Origin: an uncultured Ilumatobacter sp.
GTDB taxonomy: Bacteria > Actinomycetota > Acidimicrobiia > Acidimicrobiales > Ilumatobacteraceae
Assembly: GCF_938091165.1 (NCBI RefSeq)
Contig: NZ_CALKNK010000043.1
DNA: 64,000 nt
Strand: one strand, 5' to 3'
The position numbers and the translations under genes were made by a program. The notes under the pieces were generated by a model. The model was not told the origin of the DNA and did no database searches. It saw only the letters and a list, made by a program, of their open reading frames with translations. Shown in pieces: positions 29,937 through 38,959 of this stretch (positions are counted from its first letter, which is position 1; the number at the start of each line of letters is the position of its first letter).

Positions 29937-30037
29937 GAAGATTTGCCTTCCGTGTTCTTTGGAGGTCGCAACCGTCCCGGGGATCGGAACGCCTGCATCG
30001 CGCCCACGCCGGAGCCTGGACGGACTTCGCAATACTA
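29937..30037 (-). promoter_or_regulatory. rpsO promoter and structured leader (candidate S15 autoregulatory element)
   Basis: -10 TAGTAT at 30032-37. Stem CCGTCC/GGACGG (30018-23/29972-77) encloses an inner GGGCGC/GCGTTC hairpin. Confidence 0.45.
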
Positions 30038-30105
30038 CGGCGGTCCATCCATCCTGCAACCTGAGCGGCTGGAAACAGTTCCGAAGACGAGGTGGTGGTA
30101 CGCAG

Positions 30106-31047
30106 CTACCGGAGTAGCTCGGTGGCGTGGGCCGTATCTAGGTCAAGCTGTTCTTTGAGTGCTTCGATGCCATCGAACTTGCGCTCACTGCGCAAGAAGT
30201 GGGTGAACTTGACTCGCGCCTGCTCGCCGTACAGATCGTCGTCGAAGTCGAGCAGGTGGGCCTCGAGTAGTGAGCTGTCGGCGTGCTCATAAAACGTCGG
30301 GCGGCGCCCCAGGTTGATCGCGCACGGATGCGACTCGCCGGACGGCCGCTCATACCAGCCGGCGTACACGCCGTCGGCCGGAAGCGAAATAGTGTTTGGT
30401 ACTTCGACGTTGGCGGTTGGAAAGCCGAGCAATCGGCCGCGCTGATCTCCAGTGACAACCGAACCGCGTGCTTCAAAGATGTGGCCGAGCATCTCGTTAG
30501 CCCGTGTTACATCCCCACCAGCGAGCGCACGGCGGATGGCGGTGCTACTCACCGGTTCGCCCACCCCGTCAACTCTCGGGATTAGCTCGAGTGGCTTGAC
30601 GTCGAAGTCACTTTCGGCACCGATTTTTCGCAGCAAATCGACGTTGCCGTCGCGATGGCGGCCGAAGTGGAAGTCTTCCCCGACGACAATGAGTTGGGTG
30701 TTGAGACATCGTAAAAAGACTCGGTCGACGAATGACTCAGGGCTTTCGGCGGCCTGTTCGTCGTTGAACGGCACGACGATGACGGCGTCGACTCCGGTCG
30801 CTTCCAACAGCTCCATCTTTTGATCGGGTGCAGTGAGCAGAAGCGGCGCTGACTCAGGCCGCACCACAGACGCCGGGTGGCGATCGAACGTGACGACCGC
30901 TGATCGAGCGCCGAGATCCGCTGCTTGCTGTCGAACATGCGAAATAACGGCTTGGTGGCCGAGGTGCACTCCGTCGTAGGCGCCAATCGTGATGACCGTC
31001 CGTTCGCCAGGGAACGCAGGCAACGACTGGTCAGTAATTATCTGCAC
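30106..31047 (-). CDS. ribF: Bifunctional riboflavin kinase/FAD synthetase
   Basis: [37 protein letters not shown]. Confidence 0.97.
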   Translation of the reverse strand: MQIITDQSLPAFPGERTVITIGAYDGVHLGHQAVISHVRQQAADLGARSAVVTFDRHPASVVRPESAPLLLTAPDQKMELLEATGVDAVIVVPFNDEQAAESPESFVDRVFLRCLNTQLIVVGEDFHFGRHRDGNVDLLRKIGAESDFDVKPLELIPRVDGVGEPVSSTAIRRALAGGDVTRANEMLGHIFEARGSVVTGDQRGRLLGFPTANVEVPNTISLPADGVYAGWYERPSGESHPCAINLGRRPTFYEHADSSLLEAHLLDFDDDLYGEQARVKFTHFLRSERKFDGIEALKEQLDLDTAHATELLR

Positions 31048-31112
31048 GATGGCGACGCTACCCGTGACAACCCATGCGGAGCCATTCGAGGCCGGGGGAA
31101 GACTCCGTCAGA

Positions 31113-31982
31113 TCAGTTCTGTGGCACGACGACGGCTGGCTTCGCTTCACCGCCGAACGCCTCGTATACAGCGACCAACGAACCGTCCGGGTCGAACAGC
31201 GCCCACGGGCCATTTCCCTCGAATGCGGGGAGGACGCGGCCATTAGCTACCAGCTCAGCAAGGTCACGGCTGATGTCGATGCGATCGAGTGTCCGAACCG
31301 CCTCTTCAACGGGGAGCAGCTCACAGTCAGCGGGAGCCTGAGCCTCGCCGATCGTGAAACGCCCCACGGCCGTGCGCCGGAGGTTGCGCAGGTGAGCTCC
31401 GCCACCGAGCAGCGTGCCCAGATCGGCGGCAAGGGTCCGTATGTAGGTTCCCGATGAGCATTCCACTGCTGCCAAGAGAACGTGCGGTTCATCAGTGGGC
31501 ATCAGTTGGAACGAGTAGATGGAGACTGGCCGCGGCGGACGGTCAACCTCGATGCCCTCACGTGCGAGTTCATGGAGGCGCTTGCCGCCGATTTTGATTG
31601 CGGACACCATCGGCGGAATCTGCTTGATCTCTCCCGTAAAGCGCTCCGCCACGATCGCCTGCGCGTCTTCTAACGTTACGCCAGTCATGTCGTAGGTCGC
31701 GGTGATGTCACCGTCGGCATCGAGCGTGTCGGTCTCGGTTCCCAGCACAATTTCACCGAGGTACGCTTTTTTTGTTTTCTCGACAAATCGCAACAATTTG
31801 GTTGCCTTACCGACAGCTACCACGAGCACACCGGTGGCACTCGGGTCGAGTGTGCCGCCATGACCAACCTGGCGTTCGTTGAAACGCCGGCGGAGCATCC
31901 CGACGACGTCGTGACTTGTAACCCCTGTGGGCTTGTCAACCACGGCAATCCCGTGAGTAGTTGCTGGCTTCTTGCGTGCCAT
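31113..31982 (-). CDS. truB: tRNA pseudouridine(55) synthase
   Basis: VDKP.G.TSHDVV, GHGGTLDP, CSSGTYIRTL. Confidence 0.97.
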   Translation of the reverse strand: MARKKPATTHGIAVVDKPTGVTSHDVVGMLRRRFNERQVGHGGTLDPSATGVLVVAVGKATKLLRFVEKTKKAYLGEIVLGTETDTLDADGDITATYDMTGVTLEDAQAIVAERFTGEIKQIPPMVSAIKIGGKRLHELAREGIEVDRPPRPVSIYSFQLMPTDEPHVLLAAVECSSGTYIRTLAADLGTLLGGGAHLRNLRRTAVGRFTIGEAQAPADCELLPVEEAVRTLDRIDISRDLAELVANGRVLPAFEGNGPWALFDPDGSLVAVYEAFGGEAKPAVVVPQN

Positions 31983-32000
31983 ATTGATATATCGGCGGTG

Positions 32001-32405
32001 TCAGTCGGTGGTTTCGGTTGATCGGTAGCTGTCGCGCTCGCGATCAGCCCTCAGAATGGTGTCGATGCGTTCAGCGGAACGAATCACTATGTCCGGCTGA
32101 AAGCTGAGGATCGGAGTCTTTTTTGCATGTATCTGGCGGGCAATTGATGCCTGCAATCGGACTCGATGTTCATCCAGAGCGATCACGATCTCGTCGTCTC
32201 CATCTTCGCCGGTGAGCGAGTCGAAGAAGACAACGGCACGGTTAAGTTCCGGATCGACGTCTATCGAGGTGACGGTGACGAAGGCAAGTCGTTCGTCATC
32301 GAGACGCACGAGGTCTTCGGCGATTATCTCGCGCAGGGTTTCTGCGACGCGGGCGCTACGCGGATACTTCGGGCCACCGCTGTTGCGGCTACGTCGTTGT
32401 GCCAT
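32001..32405 (-). CDS. rbfA: Ribosome-binding factor A
   Basis: RSARVAETLREII, DERLAFVTVT, KKTPILSF, with synteny upstream of truB. Confidence 0.93.
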   Translation of the reverse strand: MAQRRSRNSGGPKYPRSARVAETLREIIAEDLVRLDDERLAFVTVTSIDVDPELNRAVVFFDSLTGEDGDDEIVIALDEHRVRLQASIARQIHAKKTPILSFQPDIVIRSAERIDTILRADRERDSYRSTETTD

Positions 32406-32489
32406 GTCTTTTCTTCAATCTTTAGAGTTACTTTGGGTCCGCACCGACCGTAACTGGAGTAATTTTGAGGCGGATCCAGACGTAGCTGA

Positions 32490-33149
32490 TCAGGTGTAGT
32501 CGGGGGCCGCTCGGTTTGATCGCTTCAGTTCGGCGACACCGGATGTCGCCAATTTCTCGATGGCATCCCACAGCTCGGACGCGTCCTCGCCTTTCGGTGC
32601 CTTTGAGATAACTGGACCGAAGAAACTGCCTTCGCGATTAGATCCCGGTCGGAACGTGAGGATTGGGGTTCCGACGTCTTTCCCTGCGCGACTTAATGCC
32701 AGTTCGGTTTCAGCACGTAAGTAAGCATCATGGCTGTCGTCGTCAGCGTCACTCAGATAGGCCGCGGAAAATCCGGCTTCATCGAGCATGGCTTCCAGAA
32801 AGGCCTCGTTGTCGGCACGCGCCTCATCACGGCGGTTGTTTAAGTGCAGCGCTTCACCGAGGGTGGTGTACCAGGCCCCAACTGCTTCGCCATCTTCCTG
32901 CAGTCGGATTGCGTTTGCGATGCGGAGGCCTTTATGGCCGAGATAGTGACCCGCCCGATACTGCGGCGTGTACCAGTCAGCCTTGAGGTCCTCGTTAAGA
33001 ATCCACAACGAGATAAATCGCCAGTCGACGTCGTACGAGCGTTGTTGTTGTACATCCACCACCCAACGGGAGGTGATCCAGGCCCACGGTCAAACAGGAT
33101 CCCAGAAGAAGTCGAGATCCGGCTGCTTTGTTGCGTCGGGGTGGGCCAT
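32490..33149 (-). CDS. Rv2466c/DsbA-family (mycoredoxin/mycothiol-dependent reductase-like) protein, predicted selenoprotein (Sec at codon 20)
   Basis: From ATG 33149 the frame reads MAHPDATKQPDLDFFWDPV[TGA 33090-92]PWAWITSRWVVDV... and continues into the tracked ORF (GKDVGTP, FFGPVISKAP, ELKRS). The TGA sits at the catalytic Cys of the family DPxCPW motif. Confidence 0.85.
33056..33076 (-). promoter_or_regulatory. Candidate bacterial SECIS hairpin
   Basis: At +14..+34 after the UGA: UCACC-U-CCC-(GUU)-GGG-U-GGUGG. The apical loop begins with G at +23. Confidence 0.6.
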
Positions 33150-33238
33150 GTAACGAACCTATCCAGGAAGTGGAAAACCGGGTTGTCTTTGCAGTGAGAA
33201 AACTCAGCAGGGCACTCGGTTGCTGATGACCGGAGTCG

Positions 33239-36172
33239 TTAGCTCCTCGAAATCTCTTGGTCTTCGAAGGTTTCGATGATGTCGCCCGGCTTCAAGTCTT
33301 GGAAATCGTCTAGTCCGATACCGCACTCGAAACCATCGCGGACTTCGCGGACATCGTCCTTGAAACGACGCAGGGTGGCGATGGCACCCTTCCAGATAAT
33401 TGTGCCGTCGCGCAGGAAACGAACCTTTGACCCGCGAGTGATGACGCCGGATTGCACCATGCAACCGGCGATAGCACCCTGCTTGGGGACCCGGAAAATC
33501 TCGCGGACTTCGGCTTCGCCGGTGACCACTTCTTCGAATTCTGGATCGAGCATGCCGACCATTGCCTGCTCAATGTCTTCGAGCAACTTGTAGATGATCT
33601 CGTACGTGCGTATCTCGACTTCTTCCTGCTCGGCCAGCTTGCGGGCCTTGCCATCCGGACGGACGTTGAAGCCGAGGATCGTTGAGTTGGTCGTGTTGGC
33701 CAACGAGATGTCGTTTTCGGTGATTCCACCGACCGCTCGGTGCACGAACTGCAGGTCGACTTCGTCACGTTCAAGGCGACGCATCGCCTCAGTGACCGCT
33801 TCGAGCGATCCCTGTACGTCAGCTTTCAGGATTATATTGAGCGACGCCTTCTCACCGGACTGAATCTGGGCAAACAGATCTTCGAGCTTTGTGCCGGTCT
33901 TGACACGGCTGTCTTCGCGCAGATGTCGTGCCTTGAGGCGTATGGCGCGAGCCTCGCCGACGGCCTGGGCGACCTTTGAGTTGGGTGCCGAACGGAACTC
34001 GTCGCCGGCTTCGGGGACATCGGACAAGCCGAGTACCTGGACAGGCGTTGATGGACCAGCGGTCTTGACCTGCTCGCCTTTGTCGCTGATCATCGCTCGG
34101 ACTTTGCCCCAAGCACCGCCAGCCACAATCGGGTCTCCGACCTTGAGAGTACCTTTATCGATGAGGATCGTTGCCACGGGGCCACGGCCCTTGTCGAGCT
34201 GCGCTTCAATGACGATGCCTTTGGCTCGTCCGTTCGGGTTTGCCCGCAAGTCTTCAAACTCAGCAACAACTTGAAGCTGCTCAATCATTTCTTCGACGCC
34301 GACACCTTGGAGTGCTGACATCTCGACGACGATCGTGTCACCACCCCACGATTCGGGAACAAGTTCGTACTCGGCGAGCTGAGTCAGCACCCGCTGCGGG
34401 TCGGCGTTGTCTTTGTCGATCTTGTTGACTGCCACCACGATCGGAACCTCGGCCGCTCGTGCATGGTTGATTGCCTCGATCGTCTGGGGCATCAAGCCGT
34501 CGTCGGCTGCAACCATCAGAACAACGATGTCAGTCGCGTCGGCACCTCGGGCACGCATCTGGGTGAACGCAGCGTGGCCTGGGGTGTCAAGGAACGTGAC
34601 TGAACCGTTTTCATTGGTGACGGTGTAGGCACCAATGTGCTGGGTGATGCCACCGGCTTCACCGTCGACGACGTTTGCACCACGGATGTGGTCCAGCAAG
34701 GTGGTTTTTCCATGGTCGACGTGGCCCATGACGGTGATAACAGGTGGGCGAGGCTCAAGATCCTCTTCATCGTCGGAGTCGTCGAACAACTTCTGCAGCT
34801 CGACTTCTTCCTGCTGGCCAGGTTCTACAAGCAGAATCTCGGCGCCGACCTCGAGCGCGAAGAGTTCCATCTGCTCGTCCGCAAGAGTCATGGTCGCAGT
34901 GACCATCTCGCCGTTGTTCAATAAGAAACGCAGGACGTCGGCGGAAGTGCGGTTCAGCTTGGGACCGAACTCTTGCGCCGAGACACCACGCTCGATGACA
35001 ATTTCGCCCTCGGGGACAGGGACGTCCGATGACGTGTAGCCCATGTCTTGCGGCTGCAGGTCGTCTTGGTCGCGGCGACGGCGGCGTCGGCCGGTACGAC
35101 GCGGGGGCCTGCGCTGGCCGCTTGGCCGGTTACCTGGACCACGACCCGGGCCGCCTCCGGGGCCGCCACCGGGACTGCCACCGGGCCGAGCAGCACCAGG
35201 GCCACCACCGGGACGGGGCGTGTACCCACCTGGGCGACCACCTGGACGAGTGTTTGAACCAGGCTGCGGTAGCGCGGACCCCGGCGGCGGCGGAATGACC
35301 TTGCCGCTGGGCGACAACGGGCGTCCGGGCGGGGGTGGAACAGGGTTACCACTGGGAAACAGAGGCCGGACCGGGGCGGTCGGCGGTCCACCGGCGGCAG
35401 CTTCTGATGCGGCGGATCCAGGGGCGGGGTCGGGCGGGCGGCCGTCTGCGTCCGGGCGTGCGCTCGAAATTTTGCGTGCTGCTGGCTCGGCGGCAACAGG
35501 AGCCGAACGGGGTTCAGGCTCTGGCGCGCGCGACGCCGGAGTAGCAGGGGGAGTCGAAGAGACCGTCGGCGACTCGCCGACCGGGAGCAGACCTTCCGCA
35601 GCTGCGACGACGGCGTCCGCAGCGCTCATTGGCGTCGACACAGGCGGCGCAGCGTCAGGGGGCGCTGGGGCGACGGGCTTCGACACGGGAGGTGCAGGAT
35701 GGGCTGTCGGCGTGAGCTCTGAAGTTTCTGCGGCCGGCTCGTCCGCTGGTAACGCCGGCGGCTCCGAGGCAGGTTCCACGCCAACAGCTAGGGCATCAGG
35801 GTCGGCCGGCGCCTCAACGGCCGCTGGAGCGTCGGTCTTGGCAGACTGCTTCTTTGCCGCTGCGTTCTTGGCTGGCGTTTTTTTGGCCGCAGCTTTTTTC
35901 TTGGCTGGCGCTTTTTTGGCTGCGGTCTTTTCCTTTGCTGGCGCCTTTTTCGCCGCGGTCTTTTTGACCGGCTTTGGCTCTTCGGGCTGTTCGTCGCGTG
36001 TCAAACCGTCGCGCTCGGCGCGACGGGCAACCATGTCGGAGTATGCCTCCGCAAGTGAGGACGAAGGCCCTTTCGCGGCAACTCCGAGTACGCCACAGAG
36101 GTCAAGGACCTCCTGGTTTGTCATCCCGAGCTCTTTAGCAAGCTCATGGATTCTGATCTTCTTTGCTGCCAC
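33239..36172 (-). CDS. infB: Translation initiation factor IF-2
   Basis: [11 protein letters not shown]-domain, [20 protein letters not shown] start at 36172. Confidence 0.98.
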   Translation of the reverse strand: MAAKKIRIHELAKELGMTNQEVLDLCGVLGVAAKGPSSSLAEAYSDMVARRAERDGLTRDEQPEEPKPVKKTAAKKAPAKEKTAAKKAPAKKKAAAKKTPAKNAAAKKQSAKTDAPAAVEAPADPDALAVGVEPASEPPALPADEPAAETSELTPTAHPAPPVSKPVAPAPPDAAPPVSTPMSAADAVVAAAEGLLPVGESPTVSSTPPATPASRAPEPEPRSAPVAAEPAARKISSARPDADGRPPDPAPGSAASEAAAGGPPTAPVRPLFPSGNPVPPPPGRPLSPSGKVIPPPPGSALPQPGSNTRPGGRPGGYTPRPGGGPGAARPGGSPGGGPGGGPGRGPGNRPSGQRRPPRRTGRRRRRRDQDDLQPQDMGYTSSDVPVPEGEIVIERGVSAQEFGPKLNRTSADVLRFLLNNGEMVTATMTLADEQMELFALEVGAEILLVEPGQQEEVELQKLFDDSDDEEDLEPRPPVITVMGHVDHGKTTLLDHIRGANVVDGEAGGITQHIGAYTVTNENGSVTFLDTPGHAAFTQMRARGADATDIVVLMVAADDGLMPQTIEAINHARAAEVPIVVAVNKIDKDNADPQRVLTQLAEYELVPESWGGDTIVVEMSALQGVGVEEMIEQLQVVAEFEDLRANPNGRAKGIVIEAQLDKGRGPVATILIDKGTLKVGDPIVAGGAWGKVRAMISDKGEQVKTAGPSTPVQVLGLSDVPEAGDEFRSAPNSKVAQAVGEARAIRLKARHLREDSRVKTGTKLEDLFAQIQSGEKASLNIILKADVQGSLEAVTEAMRRLERDEVDLQFVHRAVGGITENDISLANTTNSTILGFNVRPDGKARKLAEQEEVEIRTYEIIYKLLEDIEQAMVGMLDPEFEEVVTGEAEVREIFRVPKQGAIAGCMVQSGVITRGSKVRFLRDGTIIWKGAIATLRRFKDDVREVRDGFECGIGLDDFQDLKPGDIIETFEDQEISRS

Positions 36173-36241
36173 GCTTCGATTCAACCTTTCCCAGTCGGGA
36201 TTCCCTCGCCGATGTGCCAATCAATGCACATCGCACCGGCT

Positions 36242-36532
36242 TCACAAGCGACCGGTGTGTCTTCTGATGTTTGTGATGTCGTCAGCACCGATGTCGATTC
36301 GCCATGCCCGAGCGAATGCTCGCTTGGTGATTGCGGTCTCGAGACACTCCCCCGCAACCTGACGTTCTGTTGTCTTGTCTGCGCAGATCCATGCACCTCG
36401 TCCGCGGCTCGGGCCATCGATCTGAATGTCGCCTGCGGCGTTCGTAATCCGCATAAGAGCGGACTGCGAGCGCTTTGTGCGACAGCCGATGCAGCTGCGA
36501 ACAGGTTCGGGGCGCTCAGTCGTTTGCCTCAC
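36242..36532 (-). CDS. ylxR: YlxR/DUF448 family RNA-binding protein
   Basis: PVRSCIGCR and GRGAWIC, located between nusA and infB. Confidence 0.85.
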   Translation of the reverse strand: MRQTTERPEPVRSCIGCRTKRSQSALMRITNAAGDIQIDGPSRGRGAWICADKTTERQVAGECLETAITKRAFARAWRIDIGADDITNIRRHTGRL

Positions 36533-38036
36533 TACTCGTCTCGGTATCGGCTGCCTCGTCGGCCTCCGCTCTTTCGTTGACTATTGCAGGTGCCTCAACG
36601 GCTGCGTCGCCTGTAGGTGCCACGCCAGCAACGTCGTCATCGGTTGTGTCATCAGAGCCGCCTGCGGGTGAGAAACCGGCGCCCTCGGCGGCATCGATCG
36701 AACGAAACCATAACTCGGCTTTGGTCTGGTCGTAGTAGCGCGAGCCCGGCACGTGGTAGAGGTCAGAGTCTTCGTTGGCCTTGATTTCGAAGCCGGGCGG
36801 CACCTGATCAGGATCCGACATCGGTTGCACAGAACCGGCCCACGGACCAGCCACGAGTTCTTCGGTGACTTCAGGAACCTCGGCTTCGGCTTGTGCCGCC
36901 AGAACTTCTGCCTCTGCCGCTTGCTTATTCCACTCAGACTCTGAGATGACGCTGCCATCGGCTGCGTGCCACTCGTTCTCGCCGGACTCCGGGTTGGGGC
37001 GCCATTCACCCACTGCGTACTCGACATCAGAATCTCGCCCGTGGCTTGCTGGAATGCCCTCAGCGAGTTGTGTCTCGGAACGAATGTCGACGCGCACACC
37101 GGTGAGACGTGCAGATAGTCGAGCGTTCTGGCCTTCGCGGCCGATGGCCAGACTGAGTTGGTGATCAGGAACGATGACATCGGCGGCAGTGCCGTCGTCG
37201 GAGATATTGACCTGGGTGACCTTGGCCGGCGACAGTGCCTTAGCAACAAAGTCGGCGAGGTCTTCGCTGAACGGGACGATGTCAATTTTCTCGCCACGCA
37301 TCTCGTTGACGACCATTCGGACTCTGCCGCCTCGTGCCCCTACGCACGCTCCCACCGGGTCAACGTTGTTGTCGTTCGACCATACAGCGATCTTGGTGCG
37401 GTGGCCGGGTTCACGGGCGCAGGCCTTGATCTCGACGATGCCTTCGGCAATCTCGGGTACTTCGAGTTCAAACAAACGCTTGATGAGGCCCGGGTGCGTT
37501 CGAGACACAACGATTTGCGGCCCCTTCGGTGTCCGGCGGACTTCGACTATGTACGCCTTTTGACGGTCGCCTTGCGCTGGACGCTCGAACGGGACTTGTT
37601 CGGCTTGGGGAAGAAGCGCCTCGGCACGACCCAGATCGAGAAGCGTGTAGCGAGCGTCGGTGCGCTGGATAATACCCGTGACGATGTCGCCCTCACGGTT
37701 CGCATACTCCTCGAACTTGCGGTCAGACTCGACTTCTCGGATGCGCTGACTCATCACCTGTCGGAAGGTCACAGCCGCAATGCGACCCATCTCTTCTTTG
37801 CGCGGCGTGTCGTCTCGCTCGTTGACCCAGTTGCCATCTTCGTCAACGTCATAGGCGATGAAAGAAAACTCCATCGTCTCAGGGTTCACCTCGACGACCA
37901 CTTCGTCGGCGGCATCGTCGCGGCGCTTGTACGCCGAAGCGAGCGCGTCGACGAGCACGTGCAGCAATGCTTCTTCGGAGATGCCCTTTTCTTGGGCCAA
38001 CATTCCGATGGCTTCACTCATGTCCATGTTGGTCAT
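36516..38036 (-). CDS. nusA: Transcription termination factor NusA with acidic C-terminal extension containing a sunset-like domain
   Basis: GRIAA, S1 domain, AREPGHRTKIAV, GACVG, LSLAIGREGQNARL. The tail contains IKANEDSDLYHVPGSRYYDQTKAELWF. Confidence 0.97.
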   Translation of the reverse strand: MTNMDMSEAIGMLAQEKGISEEALLHVLVDALASAYKRRDDAADEVVVEVNPETMEFSFIAYDVDEDGNWVNERDDTPRKEEMGRIAAVTFRQVMSQRIREVESDRKFEEYANREGDIVTGIIQRTDARYTLLDLGRAEALLPQAEQVPFERPAQGDRQKAYIVEVRRTPKGPQIVVSRTHPGLIKRLFELEVPEIAEGIVEIKACAREPGHRTKIAVWSNDNNVDPVGACVGARGGRVRMVVNEMRGEKIDIVPFSEDLADFVAKALSPAKVTQVNISDDGTAADVIVPDHQLSLAIGREGQNARLSARLTGVRVDIRSETQLAEGIPASHGRDSDVEYAVGEWRPNPESGENEWHAADGSVISESEWNKQAAEAEVLAAQAEAEVPEVTEELVAGPWAGSVQPMSDPDQVPPGFEIKANEDSDLYHVPGSRYYDQTKAELWFRSIDAAEGAGFSPAGGSDDTTDDDVAGVAPTGDAAVEAPAIVNERAEADEAADTETSSEAND

Positions 38037-38671
38037 GACGACTGCTTCTCCTTGTTCAATTGTGGGAGGTCTACTTCTGGCGGCGTCGGGTCAGCTTTCT
38101 TGGAGCGAGCCTGCTTTGATGCCGCAGATTGCCTCGCATTGGGTTTCTTCGACTGCTGAGACTTCTTGCCTGCGCTTTTGTTTGGCGTGTTGGGCTTGGG
38201 AGCCAGACCCCACTCAAAGACGGTTCGCGCTTTGTCGACACCGTCTAAGTCGAAGGTGGTCTCGGAGCCGTCGGCGAGCAACAACTTTGCAACAGTTTCG
38301 CTAGCCGAAATCAGCTGCCCGTCCACGCGCCGCGGATCGGCGTTGGGATCACGGAAACGCACGGTGATGTCTTTGCCAATCTCACGCTGGAAATGAGCTG
38401 GGGTACGGAGTTGACGTTCGAGTCCGGGGCTGGTGATTTCGAGCGTGAATCTGGTGCTTATCGGATCCTCGTGATCGATCTCGCGTGAAATAAGACGGGT
38501 GGCAAGCGACAGATTGTCGAGCGTAATGCCCCCGTCGGAGCCAGCGAAAGTGTCGAGCGTGATGCGGACGGTTGCCCCACGTCGATCGATGTCGTACACG
38601 TCAAGGTCAAGGTCAGAGGCAATGGGCTCAACAATCGCTCGTACTCGCGCAAGCTCGTTGCTTTCAGTCAT
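38033..38671 (-). CDS. rimP: Ribosome maturation factor RimP
   Basis: LEITSPGLERQL motif; first gene of the nusA-infB operon, with a GGAGAGGAGG RBS. Confidence 0.93.
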   Translation of the reverse strand: MTESNELARVRAIVEPIASDLDLDVYDIDRRGATVRITLDTFAGSDGGITLDNLSLATRLISREIDHEDPISTRFTLEITSPGLERQLRTPAHFQREIGKDITVRFRDPNADPRRVDGQLISASETVAKLLLADGSETTFDLDGVDKARTVFEWGLAPKPNTPNKSAGKKSQQSKKPNARQSAASKQARSKKADPTPPEVDLPQLNKEKQSS

Positions 38672-38733
38672 ATCGATCTGCCTCCTCTCCGCTTCAATCT
38701 TCTATTTTGGTTTGCCACGTTCTGTGTCCGTTC

Positions 38734-38767
38734 AAGAAACAAGGCGTGAGGCTGAGCCCCACGCCTT
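38734..38767 (-). promoter_or_regulatory. rimP leader hairpin (attenuator-like)
   Basis: Minus strand AAGGCGTGGGGC-TCA-GCCTCACGCCTT followed by GTTTCTT, about 70 nt upstream of rimP. A -10-like TACGAT lies at 38794-99. Confidence 0.65.
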
Positions 38768-38959
38768 GGTCACGAACCAAATTGCGAACGCTAATCGTAG
38801 CAGGCTCTGCTCGATTTCGTGAGAGCGCCGACGTGCAGTCAACGCAAAGCATCAGCAGGCACTGTCATTGCGGGGACTGATCAATTCCGGCTGCAGGATC
38901 AACTCAATGCCGTAAGACGAGAACCGGGCCAGCTGGTCTCAAGCCGGTATCTTCGTCCC

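Noticed and set aside
33090..33092. Genome-wide UGA reassignment (code 4/25) as the explanation for the in-frame TGA
   Set aside because: Many conserved genes here (cinA, rnj, pnp, truB, proS, tpx) end at TGA at their expected C-termini, and Trp is encoded by TGG.
35043..36362. 439-aa plus-strand ORF and other long antisense ORFs (e.g. 41592-42890, 37158-38159, 49948-50889, 3621-4822)
   Set aside because: These are shadows of well-supported genes on the opposite strand. They are expected at high GC and show no family motifs.
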